The notes: generated by a model not told the origin, from the sequence alone. A stretch of DNA of 64,000 nucleotides from Candidatus Glassbacteria bacterium (GCA_963752515.1 CAVVYO010000006.1:681704-745703); one strand, 5' to 3'. Shown: positions 25,962 through 37,260, numbered from the stretch's first letter. Numbers and translations are program-made.

Positions 25962-28706
25962 TCAAGCGTACTGCTGGAGCTTCTCTTTCAGTTGCAGGTA
26001 GGAGCAGGGCTTGAGCAGGTAGTCGTTGGCGCCGGCCCTGGTGGCCTGCTTGAGCAGGATGCTGGAGTTGAGGTCGCTCATCACGATCACCGGGACCTCG
26101 CTGGTCTCGGGCTTCTCCCGCAGGCTTTTCAGCACTTCCAGCCCATTGGCGAGCGGCATCCGCAGGTCCAGGAAGATCACGTCCGGCACGCTCTTTTCAA
26201 CCGCGTTCAGCGCCGCCCGGCCATTGAATACCGCCGCCGCCCGGAAGCCATCCCGCTTCAGCCCCCGGCACAGCTCCTGGCAGAACGCGATGTCGTCATC
26301 GGCCACCAGCACCAGCAGCCCCTGCTCTCGACGGCTGATCTTGGAGCCCGCCCGCCGCAGGTTGTCCTGCACCATCTCGTGCTTGTCGCTCTGGACCGCC
26401 TTGAGCAGGGCCTTGAGCCGGGGCTGGAAGTGGCCGATCTCGCCGATCACCCAGACCGCGCTGGAGCGCATCAGGTGGTCCTGGTCCAGCAGCATCTCCT
26501 GCAGGGCATCGTTCACATCCTTGTGGCCGAACTTCCAGATCGCCTTGATCGTATTGGCCCGCACCCGGTTGTTCTTGTCGAACTTGTACTTCATCAGGAT
26601 CCCGAGCACATTGCGGTTGCCGGCGGCCTCCAGCGATTCGATCACGTTGGCCCGCACCCGGTCGTCCGGGTCGTTGAGCAGCTTCATCAGCAGGCCCATC
26701 TCGTTCTGGTTCAGCATGTCGGCGATGATCCGCACCGCCGTGGCCCGCACCTGCGAGTCCTCATCGGCCAGGATTTCCGCCAGCGCCCGGGCGGTGAACT
26801 CCGAGTCCTCGCGGATCAGGATGTCGTAGATCGTCAGCGTGGTCCGGGGATTGGAGAGCTCCATCTCCCGCAGGTAGGAGTACTTCTTGTCCAGGCCGGC
26901 CACCAGGTCGATCAGCTTCTTTTTCTGCTGGATCCCGAGCACCGCCGTCTCCTCGTTCTGCCGGAGCACCCGCAGCACGATCTTGATGACCGTGTTGCGG
27001 GCCAGGTTGCGCAGGAACGAGCCGGCGTACTGGGAAAGCGGCAGGATGTGGCGCAGGCTCTCCAGGTTGCCGAAATAGGCCAGTTCCTTGAGGTGCTTGA
27101 CCCGGGCCTGGTCGGGCAGGAACTTGAGGCCCTCGGCCAGCAGCACCGCCCGGGCCTCCGGGTCCCGCTCCTCCTCCAGGCGCCGTCGCAGCTCTTTCTG
27201 CTGCTGTTCCAGCGCCTTGCGGTCAGGTTTCGCCTCCGGTCCGGCGGCGGCCTCCCCCGGCGCGCAAGCCACCCCGGGCGCGTCCGGGGCGATGGCGGCG
27301 GGGGCGGCCTCCCCTCGCAGCGCGGCCTCCAGCCCGGCGATCTCCTCCCGAACCAGGGCCGCGATCTCGCGGGCCTTGCGCTCCAGGGGCGGCTGCAGGA
27401 ACGCATAGAGCTCGATGTAGTAGTACAGGCTCTGCACCAGCCGCCCGAAACGCTCATTGTAGGGACGGATCACCCCGCTCTGGTAGAGCACGTTGTTCTG
27501 GCGGTGAAAGCCCTCCAGCCGCTGCTCCATCTGGGTGATCTGCTCCTCGAGCTGGGCGGTGTTGCTCAGGCGGTGGACCAGCAGGTTAAGCTCGCCATCC
27601 TCCAGCGGGTGGGCTGTCACCGCCTTGGCCCGGGCCTCATCGAGCCGGGGCTTGAGCTGGTGGAACAGCTCCAGCTGGGCCCGCTGCTCCTGGGAGAGCC
27701 GCTGATTCGGGGCCTCCCGGATTTCCAGCAGGGCGGTCAGCCGCTCGACTGTCGCCAGGTCCCAGGACTCCAGCCAGGCCTTGCGGTGCTCGCGGCCGAC
27801 CTTGGCCCCGGAGTTCATCAGCATCACCTGCTTGAACACCAGCGAGTCGCGCAGGAGCTCCAGCTCGAACCGGTAATAGCCGCGGAATTTCTCCAGCAGG
27901 CCCTTGACCACGTTCTGGCCGGCCTCGGCGGTGTAGACCTCGTCGATCACCCGCCGGATCTCATCCAGCGGGTGCTGGTCCCGGCTGATCTCGACCAGCC
28001 GGGCCCCCAGGGCGCGCAGCCGATCGCAGAGGAAAATCTGGCGTTCGAGGCCGGCCACCGGCTCCCCGTGGTGGATCTGCTCCTCCAGCCGCTGAGAGAG
28101 CGAGCCCTTCTTGGCCAGGTCGAGCTTGACCCGCTCGGTGTTGCTGAGGTTGAACTCATCGAGGTAGAAAAAGAAGCGCAGCATGGTGTCCCGCTCGTCG
28201 AGGAACACCCGGAAGCGTTCCCGGAACGCCTCCAGCTCCTCGTCGGAGAACTCCCGCTGCTGCTGGGTGTAGCGCAGGAAAATCAGGATGAAGTAGTGCT
28301 GGAAGACCGACAGGTCGCCGGCGAAAAAGCGTTCCAGGGCGGAGAGCCGGGACCGGTAGTGCTCCTCCAGCACCGCCCGGCGCTCCTCGGGACCGGAAGC
28401 GGCGGCCAGGCGCTCGCTGAACCAGGCATCGAGGAAAGTCAGCGCTCCCTGCAGGGTCTCGCCCAGGCCGGTCTGCTCCCCGCGGACATTCTCCCGGGGA
28501 TCGAGAAAGATCTGGACGAACCGGCTGTCTTTCTTGAGCTTGTCGAAGAGCCCGCCCAGGATCAGCCGGGTCTCTTCTTTCAGGCGCTCCAGGTTCTCCG
28601 GCCCGGCTTCTTGCAGGGCCTCGAACTTGCCCTCCAGGAACCGTCGCGCCTCCAGGCCCGGATTGGCCCTCAGCCCGAACTCCTGCTGGCTGCTTTTCTC
28701 GCTCAA
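25962..28706 (-). CDS. Large helical protein with HEAT repeats and a C-terminal receiver domain
   Basis: LNDPDDRVRANVIESL-type HEAT repeats; LVADDD, IFLDLRMP, YLLKP receiver motifs; TTG start. Confidence 0.8.
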   Translation of the reverse strand: MSEKSSQQEFGLRANPGLEARRFLEGKFEALQEAGPENLERLKEETRLILGGLFDKLKKDSRFVQIFLDPRENVRGEQTGLGETLQGALTFLDAWFSERLAAASGPEERRAVLEEHYRSRLSALERFFAGDLSVFQHYFILIFLRYTQQQREFSDEELEAFRERFRVFLDERDTMLRFFFYLDEFNLSNTERVKLDLAKKGSLSQRLEEQIHHGEPVAGLERQIFLCDRLRALGARLVEISRDQHPLDEIRRVIDEVYTAEAGQNVVKGLLEKFRGYYRFELELLRDSLVFKQVMLMNSGAKVGREHRKAWLESWDLATVERLTALLEIREAPNQRLSQEQRAQLELFHQLKPRLDEARAKAVTAHPLEDGELNLLVHRLSNTAQLEEQITQMEQRLEGFHRQNNVLYQSGVIRPYNERFGRLVQSLYYYIELYAFLQPPLERKAREIAALVREEIAGLEAALRGEAAPAAIAPDAPGVACAPGEAAAGPEAKPDRKALEQQQKELRRRLEEERDPEARAVLLAEGLKFLPDQARVKHLKELAYFGNLESLRHILPLSQYAGSFLRNLARNTVIKIVLRVLRQNEETAVLGIQQKKKLIDLVAGLDKKYSYLREMELSNPRTTLTIYDILIREDSEFTARALAEILADEDSQVRATAVRIIADMLNQNEMGLLMKLLNDPDDRVRANVIESLEAAGNRNVLGILMKYKFDKNNRVRANTIKAIWKFGHKDVNDALQEMLLDQDHLMRSSAVWVIGEIGHFQPRLKALLKAVQSDKHEMVQDNLRRAGSKISRREQGLLVLVADDDIAFCQELCRGLKRDGFRAAAVFNGRAALNAVEKSVPDVIFLDLRMPLANGLEVLKSLREKPETSEVPVIVMSDLNSSILLKQATRAGANDYLLKPCSYLQLKEKLQQYA

Positions 28707-28837
28707 GCTTCACCCCCGGCTCGAATCATTACCTGACCGGCCGAAAAATAACTCAAGAGCCATGACAGATCAACCAGGATCTGGCCGCCGGACAGCCCCC
28801 CCATCCGGGCCCGCCATCCCACGCAGCGGCAAAAGTA

Positions 28838-28866
28838 TTGACAGCCCTGGGTTCCGGATATAAAAT
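28838..28866 (+). promoter_or_regulatory. Near-consensus sigma70 promoter of the trp-his region
   Basis: TTGACA(28838)-17 nt-TAAAAT(28861). Confidence 0.8.
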
Positions 28867-28948
28867 ACATTCACCCGCATGATGGCGCACGGCAGTTCCG
28901 CCGCTCCATCGGGCGGGATCAGGTGTTTGCTCAACGGGGAACGGCAAG

Positions 28949-29059
28949 ATGGCGACCAACGGCTTCAGCAGCGCAGTCTGCACCTCCCGGTGCGGCGGAG
29001 AGTTCCTCTGGCGTGGCTGGCATCATCACGCCCGCGGACAGCTACGCCCGCATCCCTGA
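28949..29059 (+). CDS. Attenuator leader peptide (36 aa) with Trp and His control codons
   Basis: MATNGFSSAVCTSRCGGEFLWRGWHHHARGQLRPHP*; GGGGA RBS at 28936-28940; absent from the ORF track because it is short. Confidence 0.8.
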   Translation: MATNGFSSAVCTSRCGGEFLWRGWHHHARGQLRPHP

Positions 29060-29082
29060 ACGGGTTGCCGAACCGAAATTCC

Positions 29083-29130
29083 GAGCCGCGGGCGCTTGAT
29101 GTCAGAAGCCCCCGCGGTTTTTTCATTTTC
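29083..29130 (+). terminator. Attenuator terminator hairpin with U-tract
   Basis: GCCGCGGG-c-GCTT gatgtcag AAGC-c-CCCGCGGT then TTTTTCATTTTC, ~50 nt before the trpE ATG. Confidence 0.85.
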
Positions 29131-29178
29131 GCCGCCCTCCAAGCGGCCGGCTTTCCCCAGCACGAGGGAGCGACAACG

Positions 29179-30665
<1,487 letters not shown>

Positions 30666-30669
<4 letters not shown>

Positions 30670-31235
30670 TCCTGGTCATTGACAACTACGACTCCTTTAC
30701 CTATAATCTCGTCCAATACCTGGGCGAGTTGGGCGCCGAGCTGGTCGTGCATCGCAACGACAAGGTGACGGTGGATGAGGTCGAGCGCCTGGCCCCCCAG
30801 GGGGTGATCATCTCGCCCGGCCCGGGCGACCCCGATGATGCCGGCGTGTCCCTGGAGCTGATCCGCCGCCTGGGGGACCGGCTGCCGGTGCTGGGGGTCT
30901 GCCTGGGGCACCAGTGCATCGGCCAGGTCTACGGCGGCCGGGTGATCGGCGCGCCGACCCTGATGCACGGCAAGACCAGCCTGATCCGCCACGATGGCTC
31001 ATCGCTCTACGAGGGAGTCCCCAACCCTTTCGCGGCCACCCGCTATCATTCCCTGATGGTGGAGGAACAGTCCCTGCCTGACTGCCTGACGATCACCGCC
31101 CGCAGCGAGGATGGGGTGATCATGGGGCTGCGCCACCAGCGTCATCCGGTCGAGGGCGTGCAGTTTCACCCGGAATCGATCCTGACCGCCGATGGCAAGC
31201 GGCTGCTTTCGAATTTCCTGCGGCGGCTGGCCTAG
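30666..31235 (+). CDS. trpG: Anthranilate synthase component II (glutamine amidotransferase)
   Basis: [34 protein letters not shown]; ATGA overlap with trpE. Confidence 0.92.
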
Positions 31236-31471
31236 AGCGTGTGATGAATTCAGAGCGACCGGCTCGGGAAGCAGGAAAATACACAACCCCCTGTGTCCCC
31301 CTTTGGTAAGGGGGATCGTTCCCGCTTCGGCCCGGCAATGGCATAACGTTTGGGCGGCAGGCTGTTAATCCCCTCTAAACAGAGGGGTGGCGGCGACAGC
31401 CGACGGGGTGTGTGGTCTTTTTTAGCGGCCACTGCCCAGGCGTTAGCCTTCGCAGTGAATCACACGCTCTA
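31233..31471. mobile_element. MITE-like element with 13-bp terminal inverted repeat including flanking TA
   Basis: TAGAGCGTGTGAT (31233-31245) / ATCACACGCTCTA (31459-31471); carries the dispersed hairpin repeats; no transposase. Confidence 0.6.
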
Positions 31472-31484
31472 TCCGGGGGGCACG

Positions 31485-32093
31485 ATGGACTATGCCGGGA
31501 TCAGGAGCCGGCTGGGGCCCCCCGGGGCGCCCTGGGTCTGCTTTTTCTGCACCTCCGACCCGGAGGACCGCTCCAGCCTGGAAGAGGCCGAGCGGCTGGG
31601 AGCCTCCCTGGCCCGGGCGGGGTTGGTCGTGGTGACCGGCGGCTACGGCGCGGCGATGGAAGCCGCCAGCCGCGGCGCCAAGGAAGCGGGCGGGTACACG
31701 GTCGGGGTGACCTGCCGCATCTTCACCCGCCCGCCCAATCAACACTTGAGCGCCAAGGTCGAGACCGACTGTCTGCTGGACCGGCTGGAAACCCTGCTGC
31801 GCCTCGGCGATGGCTACATCGCCGGCAAGGGCGGCACCGGCACCCTGGCCGAGATCGCCCTGGCCTGGGAGTATATCAACAAGCGGATCATGCCGAAAAA
31901 GCCGCTGGTGCTGCTCGGGGAGTTCTGGGCCCGGTTGCCGGAGATCATGCGCGGGGCCGGGGCCGCCCCCGGGGTGAGCCTGGGAAGAGCCGGAGAGTCG
32001 ATCCGGGTGGCCCGGGATGTGGAGGAGGCTGTCGCGCTGCTGGCGCGCGAGCTGCCGGATCACCAGTCCACGGAGCGGGAGGCCGGCCGATGA
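31485..32093 (+). CDS. LOG-family nucleotide phosphoribohydrolase-like protein
   Basis: VVTGGYGAAMEAASRGAKEAGG; KGGTGTLAEI (PGGxGTxxE variant). Confidence 0.82.
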   Translation: MDYAGIRSRLGPPGAPWVCFFCTSDPEDRSSLEEAERLGASLARAGLVVVTGGYGAAMEAASRGAKEAGGYTVGVTCRIFTRPPNQHLSAKVETDCLLDRLETLLRLGDGYIAGKGGTGTLAEIALAWEYINKRIMPKKPLVLLGEFWARLPEIMRGAGAAPGVSLGRAGESIRVARDVEEAVALLARELPDHQSTEREAGR

Positions 32094-33110
32094 TTGTCGA
32101 GGCGATCCGCGGCCTGGTCGAGGGCCGCGACCTGAGCCCGGACCAGGCCCGCGCGGCGATGGGCGAGATCATGGATGGGCTGGCCCTGCCCTCCCAGATC
32201 GGCGCGTTCCTCACCGCGCTGCGGATGAAGGGCGAGACGGTCGCGGAGATCAGCAGTTTCGCCGAGGTGATGCGCGCCCGGGTGCGGCGGGTCGAATCCA
32301 AAGCCCACCCGCGCCTGCTGGACACCTGCGGCACCGGCGGCGACAGCACCGGCAGCTTCAACATCTCCACCGCCGCGGCCCTGGTCGCGGCCGGGGCCGG
32401 GATCCCGGTGGCCAAGCATGGCAACCGCTCGGTCTCCAGCGCCTGCGGCAGCGCCGATGTACTGGCCGCCCTCGGGGTGCGGATCGATGCCCCGCCGGAG
32501 CTGGTCGAGCGGGCGCTGGACCTGGCGGGGATCGCTTTCATCTTCGCCCCGTTGTTCCACCCGGCGATGAAAAACGCGATCGGCCCGCGGCGCGAGATCG
32601 CGATCCGGACAGTGTTCAACGTGCTGGGGCCGCTCACCAACCCGGCCGGGGCCCAGTGCCAGCTCCTCGGGGTCTACCACCCCGAGCTCACCGCCAAGCT
32701 GGCCGGGGTGCTTGAGCGGCTGGGGAGCAGCAAGGCCTACGTGGTCCACGGCGCGGGCGGGCTGGATGAGCTGAGCATCTACGGGCCGAGTACGGTGAGT
32801 GCGCTGGAGGATGGAGCGGTGCGCACTTTCGAGCTCACGCCGGAGGAATTCGGACTCCCGCGGCGCGAGCCCGGCGCCCTGCGCGGCGGAGATGTCGCCG
32901 ACAACGCCCGTGATCATGCACGCGGTGCTGGCGGGACAACCCGGCCCATACCGCGAGGCGGTGCTGCTCAATGCCGGGGCCGCGATCAGCGCCTTTTACC
33001 CGGGGCTGACCATCGCGGCCGGGATCGAGCGCGCCGCGGAGGCGATCGACAGCGGGGCGGCGCGGGAGAAGCTGGAGCAGCTGGTGATCATCACTAACGG
33101 GAAAGCCTGA
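32090..33110 (+). CDS. trpD: Anthranilate phosphoribosyltransferase; one frameshift near 32908
   Basis: KGET, DTCGTGGD, FNIST, KHGNRSVSS, RTVFNVLGPLTNP, GLDE; C-terminus (VLLNAGAA) in the next frame. Confidence 0.92.
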
Positions 33111-33124
33111 GCGCGAGGGATCGC

Positions 33125-33922
33125 ATGACCATCCTCGACCAGATCATCGCCCACAAGCGGCAGGAAGTGGCGCAAGACCGGGCGCAGTTGCCCCTAACGG
33201 AGCTGGCCGCCCGGGCGCGCGCGCTGCCGGACCGCCCCGCCGGAAGGTTCTCCCGGGCGCTGCGGCGCGAGGATGGCCGGATGGCGCTGATCGCCGAGCT
33301 CAAGAAAGCCAGCCCCAGCAAGGGCCTGATCCGCGCGGAGTTCGATCCATCCGCCCTGGCTTTGGGCTACCGCGCGGGCGGGGCCGATGCCTTGAGCGTG
33401 CTCACCGACCGCCGCTGGTTCCAGGGCGCGGACCAGTACCTGGTCCAGGCCCGGGAGGCTTCCGGCCTGCCGGTGCTGCGCAAGGATTTCCTCTGCGATC
33501 CCTACCAGCTCTACCAGGCCCGGCTGCTGGAGGCCGACTGCGTGCTGCTGATTGTCGCCGCGCTGGAGCGGCGGACGTTGGAGGAGCTGCTGGCCCTGGC
33601 GGCCGAGCTGGGGCTGGAGACGCTGGTGGAGGTCCACGACGAGGCCGAGCTGGCGGTCGCCGCGGCGGTCGGGGCGCGGCTGATCGGGGTCAACAACCGT
33701 GACCTGCACTCGTTCGAGACCTCGCTGGCGGTGTCGGAGCGGCTGGCTCCGCTGTTTCCCGAGGGCTCGCTGCGGGTCTCGGAGAGCGGGATCTCTTCCC
33801 GCGATGATGTGCTGCGCCTGCGGAACCTGGGTTACCACGCGGTGCTGGTGGGCGAGCACCTGATGCGCCGTCCCGACCTGACGGCCGCGGTGCGCGAGCT
33901 GATGGGCAGCGGGGGGCGCTGA
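33125..33922 (+). CDS. trpC: Indole-3-glycerol phosphate synthase
   Basis: IAELKKASPSKG, SVLTD, LRKDF, EVH, GVNNRDL, SESGI. Confidence 0.94.
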   Translation: MTILDQIIAHKRQEVAQDRAQLPLTELAARARALPDRPAGRFSRALRREDGRMALIAELKKASPSKGLIRAEFDPSALALGYRAGGADALSVLTDRRWFQGADQYLVQAREASGLPVLRKDFLCDPYQLYQARLLEADCVLLIVAALERRTLEELLALAAELGLETLVEVHDEAELAVAAAVGARLIGVNNRDLHSFETSLAVSERLAPLFPEGSLRVSESGISSRDDVLRLRNLGYHAVLVGEHLMRRPDLTAAVRELMGSGGR

Positions 33923-34560
33923 TGCGGGTACGGGTCAAGCTCTGCGGAATCACCCGGCTGGAGGATGCCCTGGTTGCGATCGAGGCCGGAGCCGATGCGC
34001 TGGGGTTCGTGTTCCACCCGCCATCCCCGCGCTACATCCAGCCGGATGATGCGGCGGAGATCATTGCCCGCCTCCCGGCGTTTGTCGCCACGGTGGGGGT
34101 GTTTGTCGACCGGCCGGCGGAGGTGGTGCGCCAGATCGCCCGCACCGCCCGGCTGGGGACGGCCCAGCTCCACGGCGCGGAAAGCCCGGAGTACTGCGAG
34201 AGCCTCGGGCTGAGGTACATCAAGGCGTTCCGCCTGCGCGAGGAAAGCGACCTGGAGCAACTGGCCGCCTATGGCCCGGGAAAAGAGTTCCTGCTGGACA
34301 GCTTCTCGGCCTCCGCGGAGGGCGGCACCGGCCAGGCGTTCGACTGGCGCTGGGCGAAAGCGGCCGCGCGCTATGGCCGGATCGTGCTGGCGGGCGGGCT
34401 CACCCCGGAGAATGTCGCCGCGGCGATCCGGGTCGCCCGCCCCGCGGCGGTGGACCTCTCCAGCGGGGTGGAATCCGCCCCGGGGATCAAGGACCACGCC
34501 CGGGTGAGGGCTTTTCTCCGGGCGGTGCGGGAGACAGAAAGCCCGCCGCCGGACAACTGA
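33922..34560 (+). CDS. trpF: Phosphoribosylanthranilate isomerase
   Basis: VKLCGIT, SPRYI, QLHGAES, GGTGQAFDW, LAGGL, SSGVE. Confidence 0.93.
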   Translation: MRVRVKLCGITRLEDALVAIEAGADALGFVFHPPSPRYIQPDDAAEIIARLPAFVATVGVFVDRPAEVVRQIARTARLGTAQLHGAESPEYCESLGLRYIKAFRLREESDLEQLAAYGPGKEFLLDSFSASAEGGTGQAFDWRWAKAAARYGRIVLAGGLTPENVAAAIRVARPAAVDLSSGVESAPGIKDHARVRAFLRAVRETESPPPDN

Positions 34561-34638
34561 AACAGGCAAACCGGCGACTGTCACATACTGCTCAAAGCTC
34601 CCGGAACGATCCGGGACCAGACTGCGAGAGGTCAGAGG

Positions 34639-35508
34639 ATGAAGATCAGGCTCGGGTTGCCCAAGGGCAGCCTCCAGGACTCCACGTTCGAGCTGTTCCG
34701 CAAGGCGGGCTACAATTTCAGCATCTCCGAGCGCAGCTACTTCCCCTCGATCGATGATCCCGAGCTGGAGGCGATGCTGATCCGCGCCCAGGAAATGGCC
34801 CGCTATGTCCAGGATGGGGTGTTCGATGCCGGACTCACCGGCTATGACTGGGTGATCGAGAACGATGCCGATGTGGTGGAAGTGGCGGACCTGGTCTACG
34901 CCAAGCGCAGCATGCGTCCGGTGCGCTGGGTGCTGGCTGTCCCCAACGACTCGCCGATCCGGAGCGCCAAGGACCTGCAGGGGAAGCGGATCGCCACCGA
35001 GGTGGTGAACATCGCCCGCAAGTACCTGGAGCGCCACGGGGTCAGCGCCGAGGTGGAGTTCTCCTGGGGCGCCACCGAGGCCAAGGTCCCGGAGCTGGTG
35101 GATGCGATCATCGAGGTGACCGAGACCGGCAGCTCGTTGCGCGCCAACAACCTGCGGATTGTCGAGACCGTGCTGGAGTCCACCACCAAGCTGATCGCCA
35201 ACAAGAAAAGCTGGCAGGACCCGGCCAAGCGCGAGAAGATCGAGAACATCGCCCTGATGCTGCACGGGGCGATCGAGGCCGAGGGCAAGGTCGGGATCAA
35301 GCTCAACGTGCGCAAGGCGGACCTGGAGCGGCTGATCGCGATCCTGCCGGCGATGAAAAACCCGACCGTCAGCACGCTCAACGATCCGGAATGGATGGCG
35401 GTCGAGACCATCCTCGATGAGAACACGGTCCGCCGGATCATCCCCGAGCTCAAGAAGCACGGCGGGCGCGACATCATCGAATACCCGCTCAACAAGGTCA
35501 TCCCCTGA
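34639..35508 (+). CDS. hisG: ATP phosphoribosyltransferase, long form
   Basis: [34 protein letters not shown]; C-terminal regulatory domain. Confidence 0.93.
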   Translation: MKIRLGLPKGSLQDSTFELFRKAGYNFSISERSYFPSIDDPELEAMLIRAQEMARYVQDGVFDAGLTGYDWVIENDADVVEVADLVYAKRSMRPVRWVLAVPNDSPIRSAKDLQGKRIATEVVNIARKYLERHGVSAEVEFSWGATEAKVPELVDAIIEVTETGSSLRANNLRIVETVLESTTKLIANKKSWQDPAKREKIENIALMLHGAIEAEGKVGIKLNVRKADLERLIAILPAMKNPTVSTLNDPEWMAVETILDENTVRRIIPELKKHGGRDIIEYPLNKVIP

Positions 35509-35534
35509 AAAGAAAACAGGGGACCGTTTTTTTG

Positions 35535-35947
35535 AGCGTGTCATGAACTGCTAAGCCTGGCGCCTGGTCGGTGAGCGCTGAAAAGAGGCGACACACCCCC
35601 CGCGGCTGCGCCGCCACCCCTCCGGCATCGAGGGGAGTGACAGCCTGTCGCTCAACCAGTTGCCGCAACTCTACGGGCGAAGCGAGCATAGTCCCCCCTG
35701 GAGGGGGGATGGTCCCGATTCTATCGGGACCAGGGGGGTGTGATGGCTGTCACGGTATCGGTGGCTGGTGCAGCACCGTGGCCTGACACCCCCCGGCCCC
35801 GCCTTCGGCGGGGCCACCCCCCTCCAGGGGGGACTTGACAGCCTGCCGCCCATTCGGTTGCACCAGCGCCAGGGCGTAGCGGTAACAATCCCCCTTAGCA
35901 AAGGGGGAAACAGGGGGTTGTGTTCTTTAAGCACTTTTCAACACGCT
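35535..35947. repeat. Composite hairpin-repeat insert between hisG and hisD, possibly a decayed MITE
   Basis: Short IR AGCGTGT/ACACGCT at the ends; several CCCCCC..GGGGGG hairpins; reverse complement of the 31281-31317 unit at 35890-35922. Confidence 0.6.
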
Positions 35948-35963
35948 GCTGAAGGAGCGACCG

Positions 35964-37253
35964 TTGGAATCCTCCCTCAAGCTGGTGGAACAAGGCCAGG
36001 AACGGTTTCTGGATGAGCTGGCCGCCCGTAAGGCCGAGGACCTGGACCGGGTGCTGGAACAGGTGGTGGCGATTGTCCGCGAGGTACGCGCCGGGGGCGA
36101 CCGGGCGGTGAGCGAGTTCACCCGCCGGTTCGATGGGGTCGAGCTGCCGCCCGAGCGCTTCCGGGTAAGCAGGGAGGAACTGGAAGCCGCCACGGTCGAG
36201 CCCTCGCTGGCCGCGCCGCTGGAAGAGGCTTACCGGCGGATCTGCGACTACCACCGCAAGCAACTCGCCAACTCCTGGTTCACCATCGGGGAGGATGGCG
36301 AAATCCTCGGCCGGCGCTTCCAGCCGGTGGACTCGGCGGCGATCTACGCCCCGGGCGGCAAGGCCGCTTATCCCAGCAGCGTGCTGATGGGAGCGGGCGC
36401 GGCCCGGATGGCCGGGGTGGCGCGGGTGATCCTGCTCTCCCCGCCCGACCGCGAGGGCAAGGTCAACCCGGCGGTGCTGTACGCCGCCCGGCTGGCCGGA
36501 GTGACCGAGGTCTACCGGCTGGGCGGGGCCCAGGCGATCGCCGCCGCGGCGTTCGGCACCGCGACCATCGCCCCGGTCCAGGTGATCGCCGGGCCGGGGA
36601 ACATCTATGTCACCGCGGCCAAAAAGCTGGTCTTCGGGACAGTCGGGATCGACATGCTGGCCGGCCCCAGCGAGGTGCTGGTGGTGGCGGACAGTACCGC
36701 CCGGGCCGACTGGATCGCCGCCGACCTGCTCAGCCAGGCCGAGCACGATCAGCGCGCCGGCTGCCTGCTGGTCACCCCGGAGCGCGGGCTGGCCCTGGCG
36801 GTCCGGGCCGAGTTGGAGCGCCAGTTGGCGCTGCTGCCCCGGCGCGAGATCGCCGCCGCGGCGGTGCGCGATTTCAGCGCGATCCTGCTGGCCCGCGACC
36901 TGGAGCACGCCGCCGCCCTGGCCAACCGTTTCGCCCCGGAGCACCTGGAGCTGATGGTGGCCGACCCCTGGGCCCTGCTCGGGAAAATCCGTCACGCCGG
37001 GGCGATCTTCCTCGGCCCCTGGACCCCCGAGGCGGTGGGCGACTACTGGGCCGGACCCAATCACGTGCTCCCGACCGGGGGCTCGGCCCGGGCGTTCTCC
37101 CCGCTGGGGGTGGACGTGTTTCGCAAAAGCTCGAGCATCATCTGCTACAACCGGGAAGCTTTCCAGCGGGCCGCAGTCCCGGTGGCCAGGCTGGCCCGGG
37201 CCGAGGGGCTGGAGGCCCATGCCCGCTCGGTGGACATCCGGACACAAGGATAA
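35964..37253 (+). CDS. hisD: Histidinol dehydrogenase
   Basis: YAPGGKAAYPSSVLM, GGAQAIAA, GPGNIYV, DMLAGPSE, QAEHD, APEHLE, GPNHVLPT; TTG start with GAAGGAG RBS. Confidence 0.94.
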   Translation: MESSLKLVEQGQERFLDELAARKAEDLDRVLEQVVAIVREVRAGGDRAVSEFTRRFDGVELPPERFRVSREELEAATVEPSLAAPLEEAYRRICDYHRKQLANSWFTIGEDGEILGRRFQPVDSAAIYAPGGKAAYPSSVLMGAGAARMAGVARVILLSPPDREGKVNPAVLYAARLAGVTEVYRLGGAQAIAAAAFGTATIAPVQVIAGPGNIYVTAAKKLVFGTVGIDMLAGPSEVLVVADSTARADWIAADLLSQAEHDQRAGCLLVTPERGLALAVRAELERQLALLPRREIAAAAVRDFSAILLARDLEHAAALANRFAPEHLELMVADPWALLGKIRHAGAIFLGPWTPEAVGDYWAGPNHVLPTGGSARAFSPLGVDVFRKSSSIICYNREAFQRAAVPVARLARAEGLEAHARSVDIRTQG

Positions 37254-37260
37254 AGGACCA

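Noticed and set aside
28870-29130. T-box riboswitch or TRAP site as the trp control element
   Set aside because: No AAGGTGG.ACC T-box core and no (G/U)AG repeat run; a leader ORF with control codons explains the region better
28879-29178. 100-aa N-terminal extension of TrpE
   Set aside because: The region is the attenuator leader; the RBS-supported start is 29179
35535-35947. CRISPR array or tRNA/ncRNA in the hairpin-rich intergenic regions
   Set aside because: No regularly spaced identical repeats with spacers, no cas genes and no cloverleaf; they match the dispersed repeat family
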